DNA of 64,000 bases from an uncultured bacterium (GTDB taxonomy: Bacteria > Patescibacteriota > Minisyncoccia > Phycocordibacterales > PALSA-1337): assembly GCA_963851055.1 (NCBI GenBank), contig CAWKMY010000004.1, positions 16,677 to 80,676 of the forward strand. Reading direction: 5' to 3'. Shown here one piece after another: positions 19,094 to 27,382 of the stretch. Under the pieces are notes generated by a model. The model ran no database searches. It saw nothing but the letters and a program-made list of their open reading frames with translations, and was not told the DNA's origin. Within the stretch, counting starts at the first letter, position 1, and each line of letters opens with the position of its first letter. The position numbers and the translations under genes are program-made.

Positions 19094-19735
19094 CTAGAAG
19101 GCAATCGTTGAAGGTTCCGGCGTCGCGTATATTGTAAGAGCTGATTGGCTCATATTTCCGGCATAATATGTTACGGTCTCATATATTGGCGGCACGGCGG
19201 CCCAAGCAGCAGTTCCTTGCTGAAGGGTGCTATTTCCGTTATCAACAGTGTAGCCAGCCCCGAGAACGTAAACGGCTGTGACAGGGGTGGTTGAATTATC
19301 CGAAGTATAGATCGTTGAGCCATTTATCCCGACTCCCTCCAGAGTGAACGACGCTCCCAGTCCGCCGAAGGTATTGGAAAGCGTGCCGAACCGATCACTT
19401 AATGACAAGCCAATGGAAGCCAATGTGAACGGGACCGAATTGGTGTAAGACAGCCCGTAGAACATGGCATTGCCGCTTCCGTCACTCCAGTTGAAGACAT
19501 TGGATATCTGCACCAAGCTAGCGTTCGGGATGCTATTCCAGCTACCATAAGACGCTAGTCCATTCTCCATGGCATACACGAAGTCGTTCACGTTTCCTTG
19601 CGTATAGTTCAAAGGCAGAATCCCTTGAACGATGTTCATTTGCCCTTGCCCAAAACCGGACAAAGGTATGGCCACCATGGCCGCTATGACGACGGCCAAC
19701 AGGGCCGGCGCCGTCCGACTATTCATAGTTTTCAT
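19094..19735 (-). CDS. secreted protein ending in PEP; the PEP-CTERM-like anchor continues in the -1 frame to 19041
   Basis: Signal peptide MKTMNSRTAPALLAVVIAAMVAIPLSG. The ORF ends ..YATPEPSTIAF*. The overlapping -1 frame reads LLAIVGIPFFVIFRRKRAT*. Confidence 0.6.
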   Translation of the reverse strand: MKTMNSRTAPALLAVVIAAMVAIPLSGFGQGQMNIVQGILPLNYTQGNVNDFVYAMENGLASYGSWNSIPNASLVQISNVFNWSDGSGNAMFYGLSYTNSVPFTLASIGLSLSDRFGTLSNTFGGLGASFTLEGVGINGSTIYTSDNSTTPVTAVYVLGAGYTVDNGNSTLQQGTAAWAAVPPIYETVTYYAGNMSQSALTIYATPEPSTIAF

Positions 19736-19849
19736 TTTTTTCCTTTCAAAAGCGCCCTTTTGTGATGTTACAGGCGCAGTTCAATTTGTTTACCGCTACT
19801 ATACAAGTTTAATATTATCTGTCAAGAGGACTTATACACCCATCAAAAG

Positions 19850-19858
19850 TGCTACAAT
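19850..19858 (+). promoter_or_regulatory. extended -10 box TGCTACAAT
   Basis: It lies 13 nt before ATG 19872. Confidence 0.35.
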
Positions 19859-19871
19859 ACTCCACATTCCG

Positions 19872-20552
19872 ATGAAATTATATTTCCTCCCACCGCTCGT
19901 ACTGCAAAAGTTGATATGGATACCGACGAATATTCTCCTCCGCGGTTTCGGCCATTTGGATGTGAGGGGCTTGGAAAATTTAAAAGGCCTAAAAGGTCCG
20001 GTCATATTTGCCTCTAACCATAGTAGTGAGACTGATCCCTTTTTTATTCCCGCTTCACTGCCATTTTTCTCACGTTTTTCTCCGATATTCTATACTTCGC
20101 GTGAGAGCAGGTTTTATGTAAATTCCGGCTGGCGCAAACATTTCTATGGTGGGTGGTTCTTCAAAGCTTGGGGTTCATATCCCGTCCATGTCGGCTTGCA
20201 TGATTATGAAAAGTCGTTGGCTCATCACATCGATATCATCCGTGCCGGTGGCAGTATAAATATTTTTCCCGAAGGCCGTACTACGCCCGACGGCAGTATC
20301 CAGCCGGCAAAGGGGGGCGTGGCTTATCTGGCATATATTACCGGCGCTAGCATTGTTCCCGTGCGCATAAGAGGCGTCTTCCATTTTTCCGCCAAGGAAT
20401 TCCTGTTAGGCCGCAGGCATTTGTCCATAACTTATGGAAAGCCGATGCATTTTATGGCCAAGCATAATTCAAATCAAACCGGCATCGAACCTTTACTCGA
20501 GGATCTGAAAACTTATGCCAACTTGGTCATGGGGGAGGTTGGGAAACTATAA
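19872..20552 (+). CDS. plsC: 1-acyl-sn-glycerol-3-phosphate acyltransferase
   Basis: NHSSETD (HxxxxD) and FPEGRTT motifs. The start is at MKLYFLPP. Confidence 0.8.
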   Translation: MKLYFLPPLVLQKLIWIPTNILLRGFGHLDVRGLENLKGLKGPVIFASNHSSETDPFFIPASLPFFSRFSPIFYTSRESRFYVNSGWRKHFYGGWFFKAWGSYPVHVGLHDYEKSLAHHIDIIRAGGSINIFPEGRTTPDGSIQPAKGGVAYLAYITGASIVPVRIRGVFHFSAKEFLLGRRHLSITYGKPMHFMAKHNSNQTGIEPLLEDLKTYANLVMGEVGKL

Positions 20553-20646
20553 TATTTTGGAAAATTTTGGCCGAAAATTACTACAAAACATTTTTTCTCG
20601 TTTGTGAGCTTGCGCGAAAATATAGCAGGCATATAATTTATCCAAT

Positions 20647-20982
20647 ATGCCTACAGCTATATATGAAAAAAGATCGCTGACATTAGAAGACGCCGTGTCC
20701 GACATCAAGGATTATGTCGATGTGGCCGTCGAAGAAGGTACCGAAGAGCTAGCCCGCATGGTTGCCAAGGGATTTGCGGGAGTCGACAAAGAATTCGTGG
20801 GAGTGCGTCAGCAATTCAAAGAAGTAGACAAGAGGTTCGCGGAAGTAGATAAGAGGTTCGATGATATGGATAAAAGATTCGACGGTATAGACGATAGACT
20901 AGAGGGTATGGATAAGAGATTTGATGGGATGGATATAAGGTTCGACAGGCTCGAGAACTTGATCATAGAGAGGACGAAATAA
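20647..20982 (+). CDS. small heptad-repeat (xDKRFxx) coiled-coil protein
   Basis: 111 aa with nine consecutive 7-aa units: VDKEFVG VRQQFKE VDKRFAE VDKRFDD MDKRFDG IDDRLEG MDKRFDG MDIRFDR LENLIIE. Confidence 0.6.
   Translation: MPTAIYEKRSLTLEDAVSDIKDYVDVAVEEGTEELARMVAKGFAGVDKEFVGVRQQFKEVDKRFAEVDKRFDDMDKRFDGIDDRLEGMDKRFDGMDIRFDRLENLIIERTK
20782..20970 (+). repeat. 21-nt tandem repeat (9 units) encoding the heptads
   Basis: gtagacaagaggttcgcggaa / gtagataagaggttcgatgat / atggataaaagattcgacggt and further units. Confidence 0.7.
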
Positions 20983-21000
20983 TAGAAATCATACTCTGTA

Positions 21001-21009
21001 TGCTAGAAT
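21001..21009 (+). promoter_or_regulatory. extended -10 box TGCTAGAAT
   Basis: It lies 9 nt before ATG 21019. Confidence 0.35.
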
Positions 21010-21018
21010 GGGCTTCTC

Positions 21019-22857
21019 ATGCCCGAACAGGAAAATCCAGAACCAGAAAAAGAAGTAAAAAAAGTAACCAAAGAAGGCATAATCACCGGCCTCCGAGTCC
21101 TTTTTTCGTACATAGGCCAATATCGCCGGCAGATCATTATCTTGAGCGTCATGGGCATACTCTCGGCTATAGGCAACGGTGTCATCCCTTATATTGCCGG
21201 TAGATTCTTCGACTCCATATCGAGCGACTACATCGTCCATATAGTATCGTACGCATTGCCTCTGTATCTTTTCCTACTCATCATCTGGGCTTTGATCCAA
21301 CTCGTCACCTCACTCATGGATTGGCGGATCAACATCATGAGCCAATATTTTTCCAATACTATCTGGCTGGATTATCTTTCCAATAGCTTCAGTTTCCTAT
21401 TGCTCCTGCCGATGTCTTTCCACAAGAAGAACAAGATAGGCGAGATAGGTAGCAAGATCAATGCCGCGGCCGGCTCACTCGAGACTATAGCTAGCCAAAT
21501 AGTCATAGATCTGGCTCCACAGATACTTTCCATAGTCATCGCTCTCGGCATAGCTTTCTATATGAAGCCGGCGCTCGGGTCTATCTTGGTCATAGGCCTT
21601 GTCGCTTATATATTCGTCCTCATACGCAATATCAAACCGTTGGCCGGTTATCAGAAAGCCTATTATGACGTCTTGATGAAGTCCATCTGGGGCGACAGCT
21701 ACGATGTCATCGGCAATGCCCTGGCGGTCAAACAGGCCACGACCGAGGAATACGAGCGTGAAAAGATGCATCGGGAATCGAAGAAAGCCATACCTCTATG
21801 GATGCGCATGACTAAGGTCTGGGGCAACCTGAGCCTCTATCAGCGTCTGACCATACTCATCACGCAGGTGCTCATATTCATCTTGTCGGTCTTCTATATT
21901 CACGCCGGTACTATGACTCTAGGCGAGCTCATCGCATTCAATGCCTACGCGGCCATGATATTCGGGCCTTTCGTCATCATCGCCAGGCAGTGGCAGACTA
22001 TACAGAATGGCATCATCAACATAGAGGAGACGGAGAAAATATTACAGACCCCGCCGGAGGATTATCACCCAAAGTCCGCAGTCGGTTTCGATATAAGTTT
22101 CGACGCAAGTTTCGCCATCAAAGGCGGAGTGAAGTTCGAGGATGTCTCTTTTCATTATGACAAAGGCACCCCAGTCCTCGACGGCATTTCATTCGAAGCC
22201 AAACCGGGTGACATCGTGGCTCTGGTCGGTGAGTCCGGCGTAGGCAAGAGCACACTGGTTGACCTCATTTCCGGCTATCATTTTCCGGAAAAGGGAACTG
22301 TGGAGATAGACGGTCATGACATACGCAAAGTTGACTTGACGCGTTTGCGATCGAAGATAGCGGTGGTGCCACAGGAAGTGGTCCTGTTCAACGACACCAT
22401 CGAGACCAATATCAAGTACGGCAATTTCAAAGCCGATCAGACAGCCGTGCGCGAAGCCGCCCGCAAGGCTCATGCCGTGGAATTCATCGAGAAGTTTCCG
22501 GACAAATGGTCTCAACTCGTCGGCGAGCGCGGCATCAAGTTATCTGTCGGCCAGAAGCAGAGAGTATCGATCGCCCGGGCAATACTCCGCGATCCGGCCA
22601 TTCTCATTCTCGACGAGCCGACATCGGCCCTAGACGCGTCCACCGAACAGATTATTACTCGCTCGCTCGAAGAATTGATGCGCGGCAAAACTACGTTCAT
22701 CATTGCTCATCGTCTATCGACCGTGCGCAAAGCAGATAAGATATTGGTCTTCAAGGAAGGCCGCATCATCGAGTCTGGAACGCATGCGGAATTGTTGGCC
22801 AAAGAGGGCGGGGAATATCGCCGACTTTATGAGTTGCAGATAGGACTTCGTGGGTGA
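21019..22857 (+). CDS. ABC exporter, fused permease/ATPase (MsbA-like type I)
   Basis: Six-TM N-domain, Walker A GESGVGKST, signature LSVGQKQR, Walker B ILILDEPTSALD. Confidence 0.9.
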   Translation: MPEQENPEPEKEVKKVTKEGIITGLRVLFSYIGQYRRQIIILSVMGILSAIGNGVIPYIAGRFFDSISSDYIVHIVSYALPLYLFLLIIWALIQLVTSLMDWRINIMSQYFSNTIWLDYLSNSFSFLLLLPMSFHKKNKIGEIGSKINAAAGSLETIASQIVIDLAPQILSIVIALGIAFYMKPALGSILVIGLVAYIFVLIRNIKPLAGYQKAYYDVLMKSIWGDSYDVIGNALAVKQATTEEYEREKMHRESKKAIPLWMRMTKVWGNLSLYQRLTILITQVLIFILSVFYIHAGTMTLGELIAFNAYAAMIFGPFVIIARQWQTIQNGIINIEETEKILQTPPEDYHPKSAVGFDISFDASFAIKGGVKFEDVSFHYDKGTPVLDGISFEAKPGDIVALVGESGVGKSTLVDLISGYHFPEKGTVEIDGHDIRKVDLTRLRSKIAVVPQEVVLFNDTIETNIKYGNFKADQTAVREAARKAHAVEFIEKFPDKWSQLVGERGIKLSVGQKQRVSIARAILRDPAILILDEPTSALDASTEQIITRSLEELMRGKTTFIIAHRLSTVRKADKILVFKEGRIIESGTHAELLAKEGGEYRRLYELQIGLRG

Positions 22858-22900
22858 CGCCTTTTTATGGATAATTAGTGCTGAAAAATAGTCCGAAATA

Positions 22901-22909
22901 TGCTACAAT
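22901..22909 (+). promoter_or_regulatory. extended -10 box TGCTACAAT, 6 nt before ATG 22916
   Basis: tgcTACAATatagttATG. Confidence 0.4.
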
Positions 22910-22915
22910 ATAGTT

Positions 22916-23143
22916 ATGAAATTCAGAGAATCCCTCTTCTGGGATACGAATCCGGATAAAATAGACTTCAAGAAGAATGCGGCTTATGTTATCGAGCGCA
23001 TCATGGATTTCGGGCGTGACGACGAAGTACGGTGGCTGTGGAATTTCTATGACAAGACGCTCATGAAGAATGTTCTCGAAAAATCTCGTTCGCTTCGTCC
23101 TGAAACTAAAGCTTTATGGACACTACTTCTCAAAACAGCTTAG
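22916..23143 (+). CDS. small protein, putative antitoxin partner of the AbiEii-type gene
   Basis: 75 aa (SLFWDTNPDKIDFKKNAAYVIERIMDFG). It overlaps the next gene by 28 nt. The family was not resolved by eye. Confidence 0.5.
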   Translation: MKFRESLFWDTNPDKIDFKKNAAYVIERIMDFGRDDEVRWLWNFYDKTLMKNVLEKSRSLRPETKALWTLLLKTA

Positions 23144-23796
23144 ATCTCTACCTCAAGGTCTTACCGGCGAAGACCAAGAAGGCTTTTGAGTTCCTCTCAA
23201 CGCAGAAATGGTTGGAACAGTCAGGTTGGTATCTGGCCGGCGGCACGGCTCTAGCGCTCCAAGCGGGCCATCGTCAATCGGTTGACCTAGATTTCTTCAC
23301 CACGGATAAGAATTTTGACAATAGAAAGTTACTTGAACATTTCACTGTCAACGCCGACTGGCATACGGATATAGATAAAGAAGGCACGATATATGGAACG
23401 ATTCTCGGCGCCAAAGTCAGCTTTATCGCCTATCCTTTTTTCATACCGGCGGAACAGCCATTATTGTACGGCTCAATAAAAATACTAACTCCGGCCGATA
23501 TTGCCGTAATGAAAGTCATAGCCATTTCGCAGAGAGGCAGGAAGCGTGATTTTCTAGACCTGTATTGGCTGACGCATCACGGGCAATCTCTGGATGATGT
23601 CGTGCGAAAGTTGAAGGCGCAATATCCATTTATCGCTCATGATTATCATCATATTTTGAAAAGCTTGGTATATTTCGAAGATGCCGAGGATGATCCGATG
23701 CCGGAATTATATTTCAGCGTGACCTGGAAGGCCATAAAAGAATTCTTTACCAAGGAAGTGCCATTCGTGACAAGGAGAGTGGTGGATTTGAAGTAG
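23116..23796 (+). CDS. nucleotidyltransferase AbiEii/AbiGii-type toxin family protein
   Basis: WYLAGGTALALQAGHRQSVDLDFFT is the typical DUF1814/AbiEii N-terminal motif. Confidence 0.75.
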   Translation: MDTTSQNSLDLYLKVLPAKTKKAFEFLSTQKWLEQSGWYLAGGTALALQAGHRQSVDLDFFTTDKNFDNRKLLEHFTVNADWHTDIDKEGTIYGTILGAKVSFIAYPFFIPAEQPLLYGSIKILTPADIAVMKVIAISQRGRKRDFLDLYWLTHHGQSLDDVVRKLKAQYPFIAHDYHHILKSLVYFEDAEDDPMPELYFSVTWKAIKEFFTKEVPFVTRRVVDLK

Positions 23797-23806
23797 TTTT
23801 TCGAAT

Positions 23807-24223
23807 ATGCCTCCAATAATCAAAATTCCCGTAGGATTGATTGTAAGCACAATTATAATGAATGATGAACATAAAATCCTCATCACTAGAAGAGCACAAA
23901 GGAATGATGTACTTCCAGGAATTTGGGACATACCCGGAGGCACTCTGGAGGACGGTGAAGATCCGTACGATGGAGCCATGCGTGAAGTGAAAGAGGAAAC
24001 AGGCCTCGCTATCGCCAAGCCGAAGCTCTTTTTTCAGAAGTCGAATGTTGATGATTCAAAGAAGAAACAATTTATAACTCTAGTTTTCCGAGCAACATAT
24101 TTAGGTGGGGAAATCAGGCTGAATCCAGAGGAGCATGACCAGTATGCATGGATCAATGCATCGGAAATAGGAAAATATAAGGCGGTGGATTATGTGCCGG
24201 AGTGTCTTACTGTTTTGGTGTAA
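23807..24223 (+). CDS. NUDIX hydrolase (paralog A)
   Basis: Nudix box GGTLEDGEDPYDGAMREVKEETGL. Confidence 0.85.
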   Translation: MPPIIKIPVGLIVSTIIMNDEHKILITRRAQRNDVLPGIWDIPGGTLEDGEDPYDGAMREVKEETGLAIAKPKLFFQKSNVDDSKKKQFITLVFRATYLGGEIRLNPEEHDQYAWINASEIGKYKAVDYVPECLTVLV

Positions 24224-24226
24224 ATA

Positions 24227-24235
24227 TGGCATACT
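24227..24235 (+). promoter_or_regulatory. extended -10-like box TGGCATACT, 6 nt before ATG 24242
   Basis: tggCATACTgaaatcATG. Confidence 0.3.
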
Positions 24236-24241
24236 GAAATC

Positions 24242-25225
24242 ATGAAACACATCCCCAAAAAACTCGCATCTGGATCTCATATACGGATCATTGCCCCGTC
24301 TCGATCGATGACTATCATTTCTGCCGGAAATCGGGACATTGCTAACAAGAGATTACAGGAACTTGGTTTTTCGATTAGCTTCGGTAAGCATGTAGAAGAG
24401 TCGGATGATTTTGCGTCGTCAAGCATCAAATCCCGAGTAGATGATCTACACGAAGCTTTTTTAGATCCGTCCGTCGATGCTATTTTTAGCGTTATCGGCG
24501 GCTTTAATTGCAATCAGCTTCTGTCATACATAGACTGGAATATTATTCGGAACAATCCGAAGATTTTTATAGGTTATTCAGATACGACGGCGTTACAGAA
24601 TGCCATGTATGCCGTAGGCAATTTGGTAACATATTCGGGTCCGGCATGGTCGACATTCGGACAGAAACTGCATTTCGACTACACGATGGAATATTTCAAG
24701 AAATGCCTTATGGGTAATGAACCTTTTCCGGTAAGGCCAAGCGAATACTGGACTGATGACGCGTGGTATAAGGATCAGGAAGATAGGCATCCGATCAAGA
24801 ATAATGGCTGGCAAGTTATCAATCCAGGAAAAGCGGAAGGAACTATCATCGGAGCCAATCTATGTACGTTGAATCTACTGCAAGGCACAAAATATTTTCC
24901 AGACATTAAGGATTCGATCCTATTTATCGAAGACGATGAGATATCTGACCCAGTCCTGTTCGACCGTGATCTGCAGTCACTGATCCACCAAAAAGGTTTT
25001 GATAAAGTGAAAGGATTAGTCATTGGAAGATTTCAGAAGACCAGTAAAATGGAAGATAAGCTGTTGTATCAGATAATCAAGTCCAAGAAAGAACTCGATC
25101 ATATTCCCGTTATTGTAGGTGTTGATTTTGGGCACACGAGCCCGATCATAACTTTCCCTATAGGTGGAACGGTGAGTATATCTGCACAAGATGGTAATTC
25201 GACGGTTATGATCAAGGATCATTGA
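24242..25225 (+). CDS. S66 peptidase (LD-carboxypeptidase / MccF-like)
   Basis: IRIIAPSRS, GYSDTTAL (nucleophile Ser) and DFGHTSP motifs. 327 aa. Confidence 0.8.
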   Translation: MKHIPKKLASGSHIRIIAPSRSMTIISAGNRDIANKRLQELGFSISFGKHVEESDDFASSSIKSRVDDLHEAFLDPSVDAIFSVIGGFNCNQLLSYIDWNIIRNNPKIFIGYSDTTALQNAMYAVGNLVTYSGPAWSTFGQKLHFDYTMEYFKKCLMGNEPFPVRPSEYWTDDAWYKDQEDRHPIKNNGWQVINPGKAEGTIIGANLCTLNLLQGTKYFPDIKDSILFIEDDEISDPVLFDRDLQSLIHQKGFDKVKGLVIGRFQKTSKMEDKLLYQIIKSKKELDHIPVIVGVDFGHTSPIITFPIGGTVSISAQDGNSTVMIKDH

Positions 25226-25258
25226 GATGGACCCCGACCCTCCACAACCCACCCCACC

Positions 25259-25285
25259 CCGCCTAGCCACGGGAGGTATGAGAGA
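25259..25285 (+). repeat. direct repeat copy 1
   Basis: CCGCCTAGCCACGGGAGGTATGAGAGA, compared with CCGCCGAGCCATGGGAGGTATGAGAAG at 25925-25951. Confidence 0.7.
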
Positions 25286-25315
25286 ATACACGGGGATATC
25301 TGAAATGGCTAAAGA

Positions 25316-25324
25316 TGCTAGAAT
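25316..25324 (+). promoter_or_regulatory. extended -10 box TGCTAGAAT, 6 nt before ATG 25331
   Basis: tgcTAGAATgccataATG. Confidence 0.4.
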
Positions 25325-25330
25325 GCCATA

Positions 25331-25801
25331 ATGACAAAGAAATTTAGTGATGATGAATATGCAGCGGTGCTTCCCAAAAAGATAATTGGGACTGCAGTTT
25401 TGCTTTTTAATACAAAAGGAGAGTTACTTATACTAAAACCAGATTACAAAGACGGATGGCTTGTGCCAGGAGGATCCACTGATGACAATGAATCTCCGCT
25501 ACATTGCGCCATTCGAGAGACAAGAGAAGAGATTGGACTTGATATTCCCGAATTACGATTGGCGGGTGTATATTACGGACCTCAAAAAGGTGTTTTTACA
25601 GACTCGCTCAAATTTATTTTCTCCGGCGGCACGCTGACTGAAGATCAGGTTCTACGGATAAAATTACAAACAGAAGAACTGGAAGAATACATCTTTGCTT
25701 ACCCGGAAAAGGCCATATCACTTTTGTCTCCGAGCTTGCAAAAAAGCCTTCCCGCATGCCTGGAAGCTATTAAAAATAAAACGGTTGCGTATGTGGAATA
25801 G
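25331..25801 (+). CDS. NUDIX hydrolase
   Basis: Nudix box GGSTDDNESPLHCAIRETREEIGL. Confidence 0.85.
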   Translation: MTKKFSDDEYAAVLPKKIIGTAVLLFNTKGELLILKPDYKDGWLVPGGSTDDNESPLHCAIRETREEIGLDIPELRLAGVYYGPQKGVFTDSLKFIFSGGTLTEDQVLRIKLQTEELEEYIFAYPEKAISLLSPSLQKSLPACLEAIKNKTVAYVE

Positions 25802-25822
25802 TCAGTTGACGAACATGGCTAG

Positions 25823-25957
25823 ATAACCCGTCACGAATTGCGCCTGATCATGCGATTGTCGGCGGCGACGATCGACAAGTATACCCACGAGCTGGTCGCC
25901 GCAGGCCGTCTCCGTCACATCGGTCCGCCGAGCCATGGGAGGTATGAGAAGGTGTGA
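25823..25957 (+). pseudogene. GC-rich remnant of a winged-helix DNA-binding gene (C-terminal about 44 codons)
   Basis: ITRHELRLIMRLSAATIDKYTHELVAAGRLRHIGPPSHGRYEKV*. It is visibly more GC-rich than its neighbours. The same PPSHGRYE ending recurs at 25259-25303. Confidence 0.3.
25925..25951 (+). repeat. direct repeat copy 2
   Basis: See copy 1. The two copies are identical at 23 of 27 positions by manual alignment. Confidence 0.7.
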
Positions 25958-25970
25958 GAGTTTTGAGGTA

Positions 25971-25979
25971 TGTTAGTAT
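25971..25979 (+). promoter_or_regulatory. extended -10-like box TGTTAGTAT, 7 nt before ATG 25987
   Basis: tgtTAGTATagcttcaATG. Confidence 0.3.
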
Positions 25980-25986
25980 AGCTTCA

Positions 25987-26418
25987 ATGGAATCCTCGAG
26001 ATTTATAAAAGTCAAAGCTATGTGTGTCATCAAGCGCAAGGACGGTGCTATTTTGGCTAGTCTTGGCTATGACAAGGTCAAAGACGAACATTTCGCTCGC
26101 CTCATAGGCGGCCACGTCGAATTCGGTGAGACAGTGGAGGTAGCTTTGCGCAGGGAATTCAAGGAGGAGCTCGGTTGTGGTCCGAAAAGCCTATCTTTTA
26201 TAAAGGTTTTGGAGAATATCTTCACATACAACGGTGAACTCGGCCACGAGATCGTCTTTCTCTATTCCGGCGGTCTGGAAGATGAGAGCATATACGTCAA
26301 AGAGAAGCTCAACATACTCGATGATCCCAAGACCGAGGTTAGATGGATAAAACCGGAAGACATAAAAACCGGGAAAATGAAATTGTATCCGGAGATCGAT
26401 TACAAGACATTATCATGA
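25987..26418 (+). CDS. NUDIX hydrolase
   Basis: Nudix box GGHVEFGETVEVALRREFKEELG. The start is moved to MESSRF. Confidence 0.8.
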   Translation: MESSRFIKVKAMCVIKRKDGAILASLGYDKVKDEHFARLIGGHVEFGETVEVALRREFKEELGCGPKSLSFIKVLENIFTYNGELGHEIVFLYSGGLEDESIYVKEKLNILDDPKTEVRWIKPEDIKTGKMKLYPEIDYKTLS

Positions 26419-26948
26419 ATTCAAATCTAATAATCCTTCCGGGCAATGGTCTGACTAACAAAGAATGGGCTGAAAAAGCACGAGACTTTTTTGCAAATCA
26501 CTTCAAGTCCGTAACTATTCAATACTACGATCATTGGTCTAATAAGTCTGAGTTGATAGATATGGATATTGAATTAAAAAAGTTCACTGATACTGTGAAC
26601 GCATTAAGTGGAAATGTAGCAATTCTGGCGAAATCTGTAGGCACAGTATTGACCATGTATGCGATTTATTCAACATCTATAGATGTGTCTCGCATTACAA
26701 AATGTGTTTTTGTTGGTTTACCGCCAGAGTGGGCGAGAACAAAAGGTTTTGATATTGACGGCTGGTCGACTGCTTTTACTATACCTACTACATTGATTCA
26801 GAATGATAATGATCCTGTTGCCACGGCTGAAGGCATACGGAAAGAGCAGATGGGTGGTAAATTCAAGAATATGACACTTATAGAGGTAAAAGGTGATGAT
26901 CATGCGTATGGTGATTTTGATGAGATAGGAAGATATCTAATCGACTAA
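26415..26948 (+). CDS. alpha/beta-fold serine hydrolase-like protein
   Basis: The ATGA overlaps the previous stop. LIILPGNG, AKSVG (GxSxG variant), NDNDP and GDDHAY suggest a Ser-Asp-His triad. Confidence 0.5.
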   Translation: MNSNLIILPGNGLTNKEWAEKARDFFANHFKSVTIQYYDHWSNKSELIDMDIELKKFTDTVNALSGNVAILAKSVGTVLTMYAIYSTSIDVSRITKCVFVGLPPEWARTKGFDIDGWSTAFTIPTTLIQNDNDPVATAEGIRKEQMGGKFKNMTLIEVKGDDHAYGDFDEIGRYLID

Positions 26949-26958
26949 TATAAATATC

Positions 26959-27366
26959 ATGACCACCGGACTAATTGTAAGCACAATTATCTCGAACGCT
27001 GAGCGCAAGATCCTTATTATTAAGAGAGCACTAGGGAATGATGTGCTTCCGGGATATTGGGACATACCAGGTGGAACGCTCGAGGATGGAGAAGATCCAT
27101 ATGACGGAGCCGTAAGAGAAGTGAAAGAAGAAACCAGCTTGGACATAGCCAAACCGAAACTGTTTTTTCAGAAATCGAATATCGATGCCGCCAAGAATAA
27201 GCAGTTCATCACCTTAGTCTTCATGGCAGAATATCCTGGCGGACAAATCAGGTTGAATCCAAAAGAACATGACGAGTATGCGTGGATAAATCCGTCGGAT
27301 GTGAGAAAATACAATGCGGTTGAGTATGTGGTGGAATGTTTAGAGGACATGCCGATAGAGAAGTGA
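26959..27366 (+). CDS. NUDIX hydrolase (paralog B of 23807-24223)
   Basis: GGTLEDGEDPYDGAVREVKEETSL. Manual alignment with paralog A gives 97 of 125 identical residues. Confidence 0.85.
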   Translation: MTTGLIVSTIISNAERKILIIKRALGNDVLPGYWDIPGGTLEDGEDPYDGAVREVKEETSLDIAKPKLFFQKSNIDAAKNKQFITLVFMAEYPGGQIRLNPKEHDEYAWINPSDVRKYNAVEYVVECLEDMPIEK

Positions 27367-27382
27367 TAAGGTATAAATAATT

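Noticed and set aside
20575-20640. Possible fourth, degenerate copy of the conserved upstream element (TTTTTTCTCGTTTGTGAGC..) before the heptad-repeat gene
   Set aside because: Only about 10 nt resemble the 35-nt core, which is too weak to call by eye.
25223-25303. Read-through extension of the S66 peptidase (26 sense codons in frame after its TGA)
   Set aside because: The extension is the C-rich scar sequence shared with the wHTH remnant, and there is no evidence of recoding. The in-frame arrangement is most simply coincidental.
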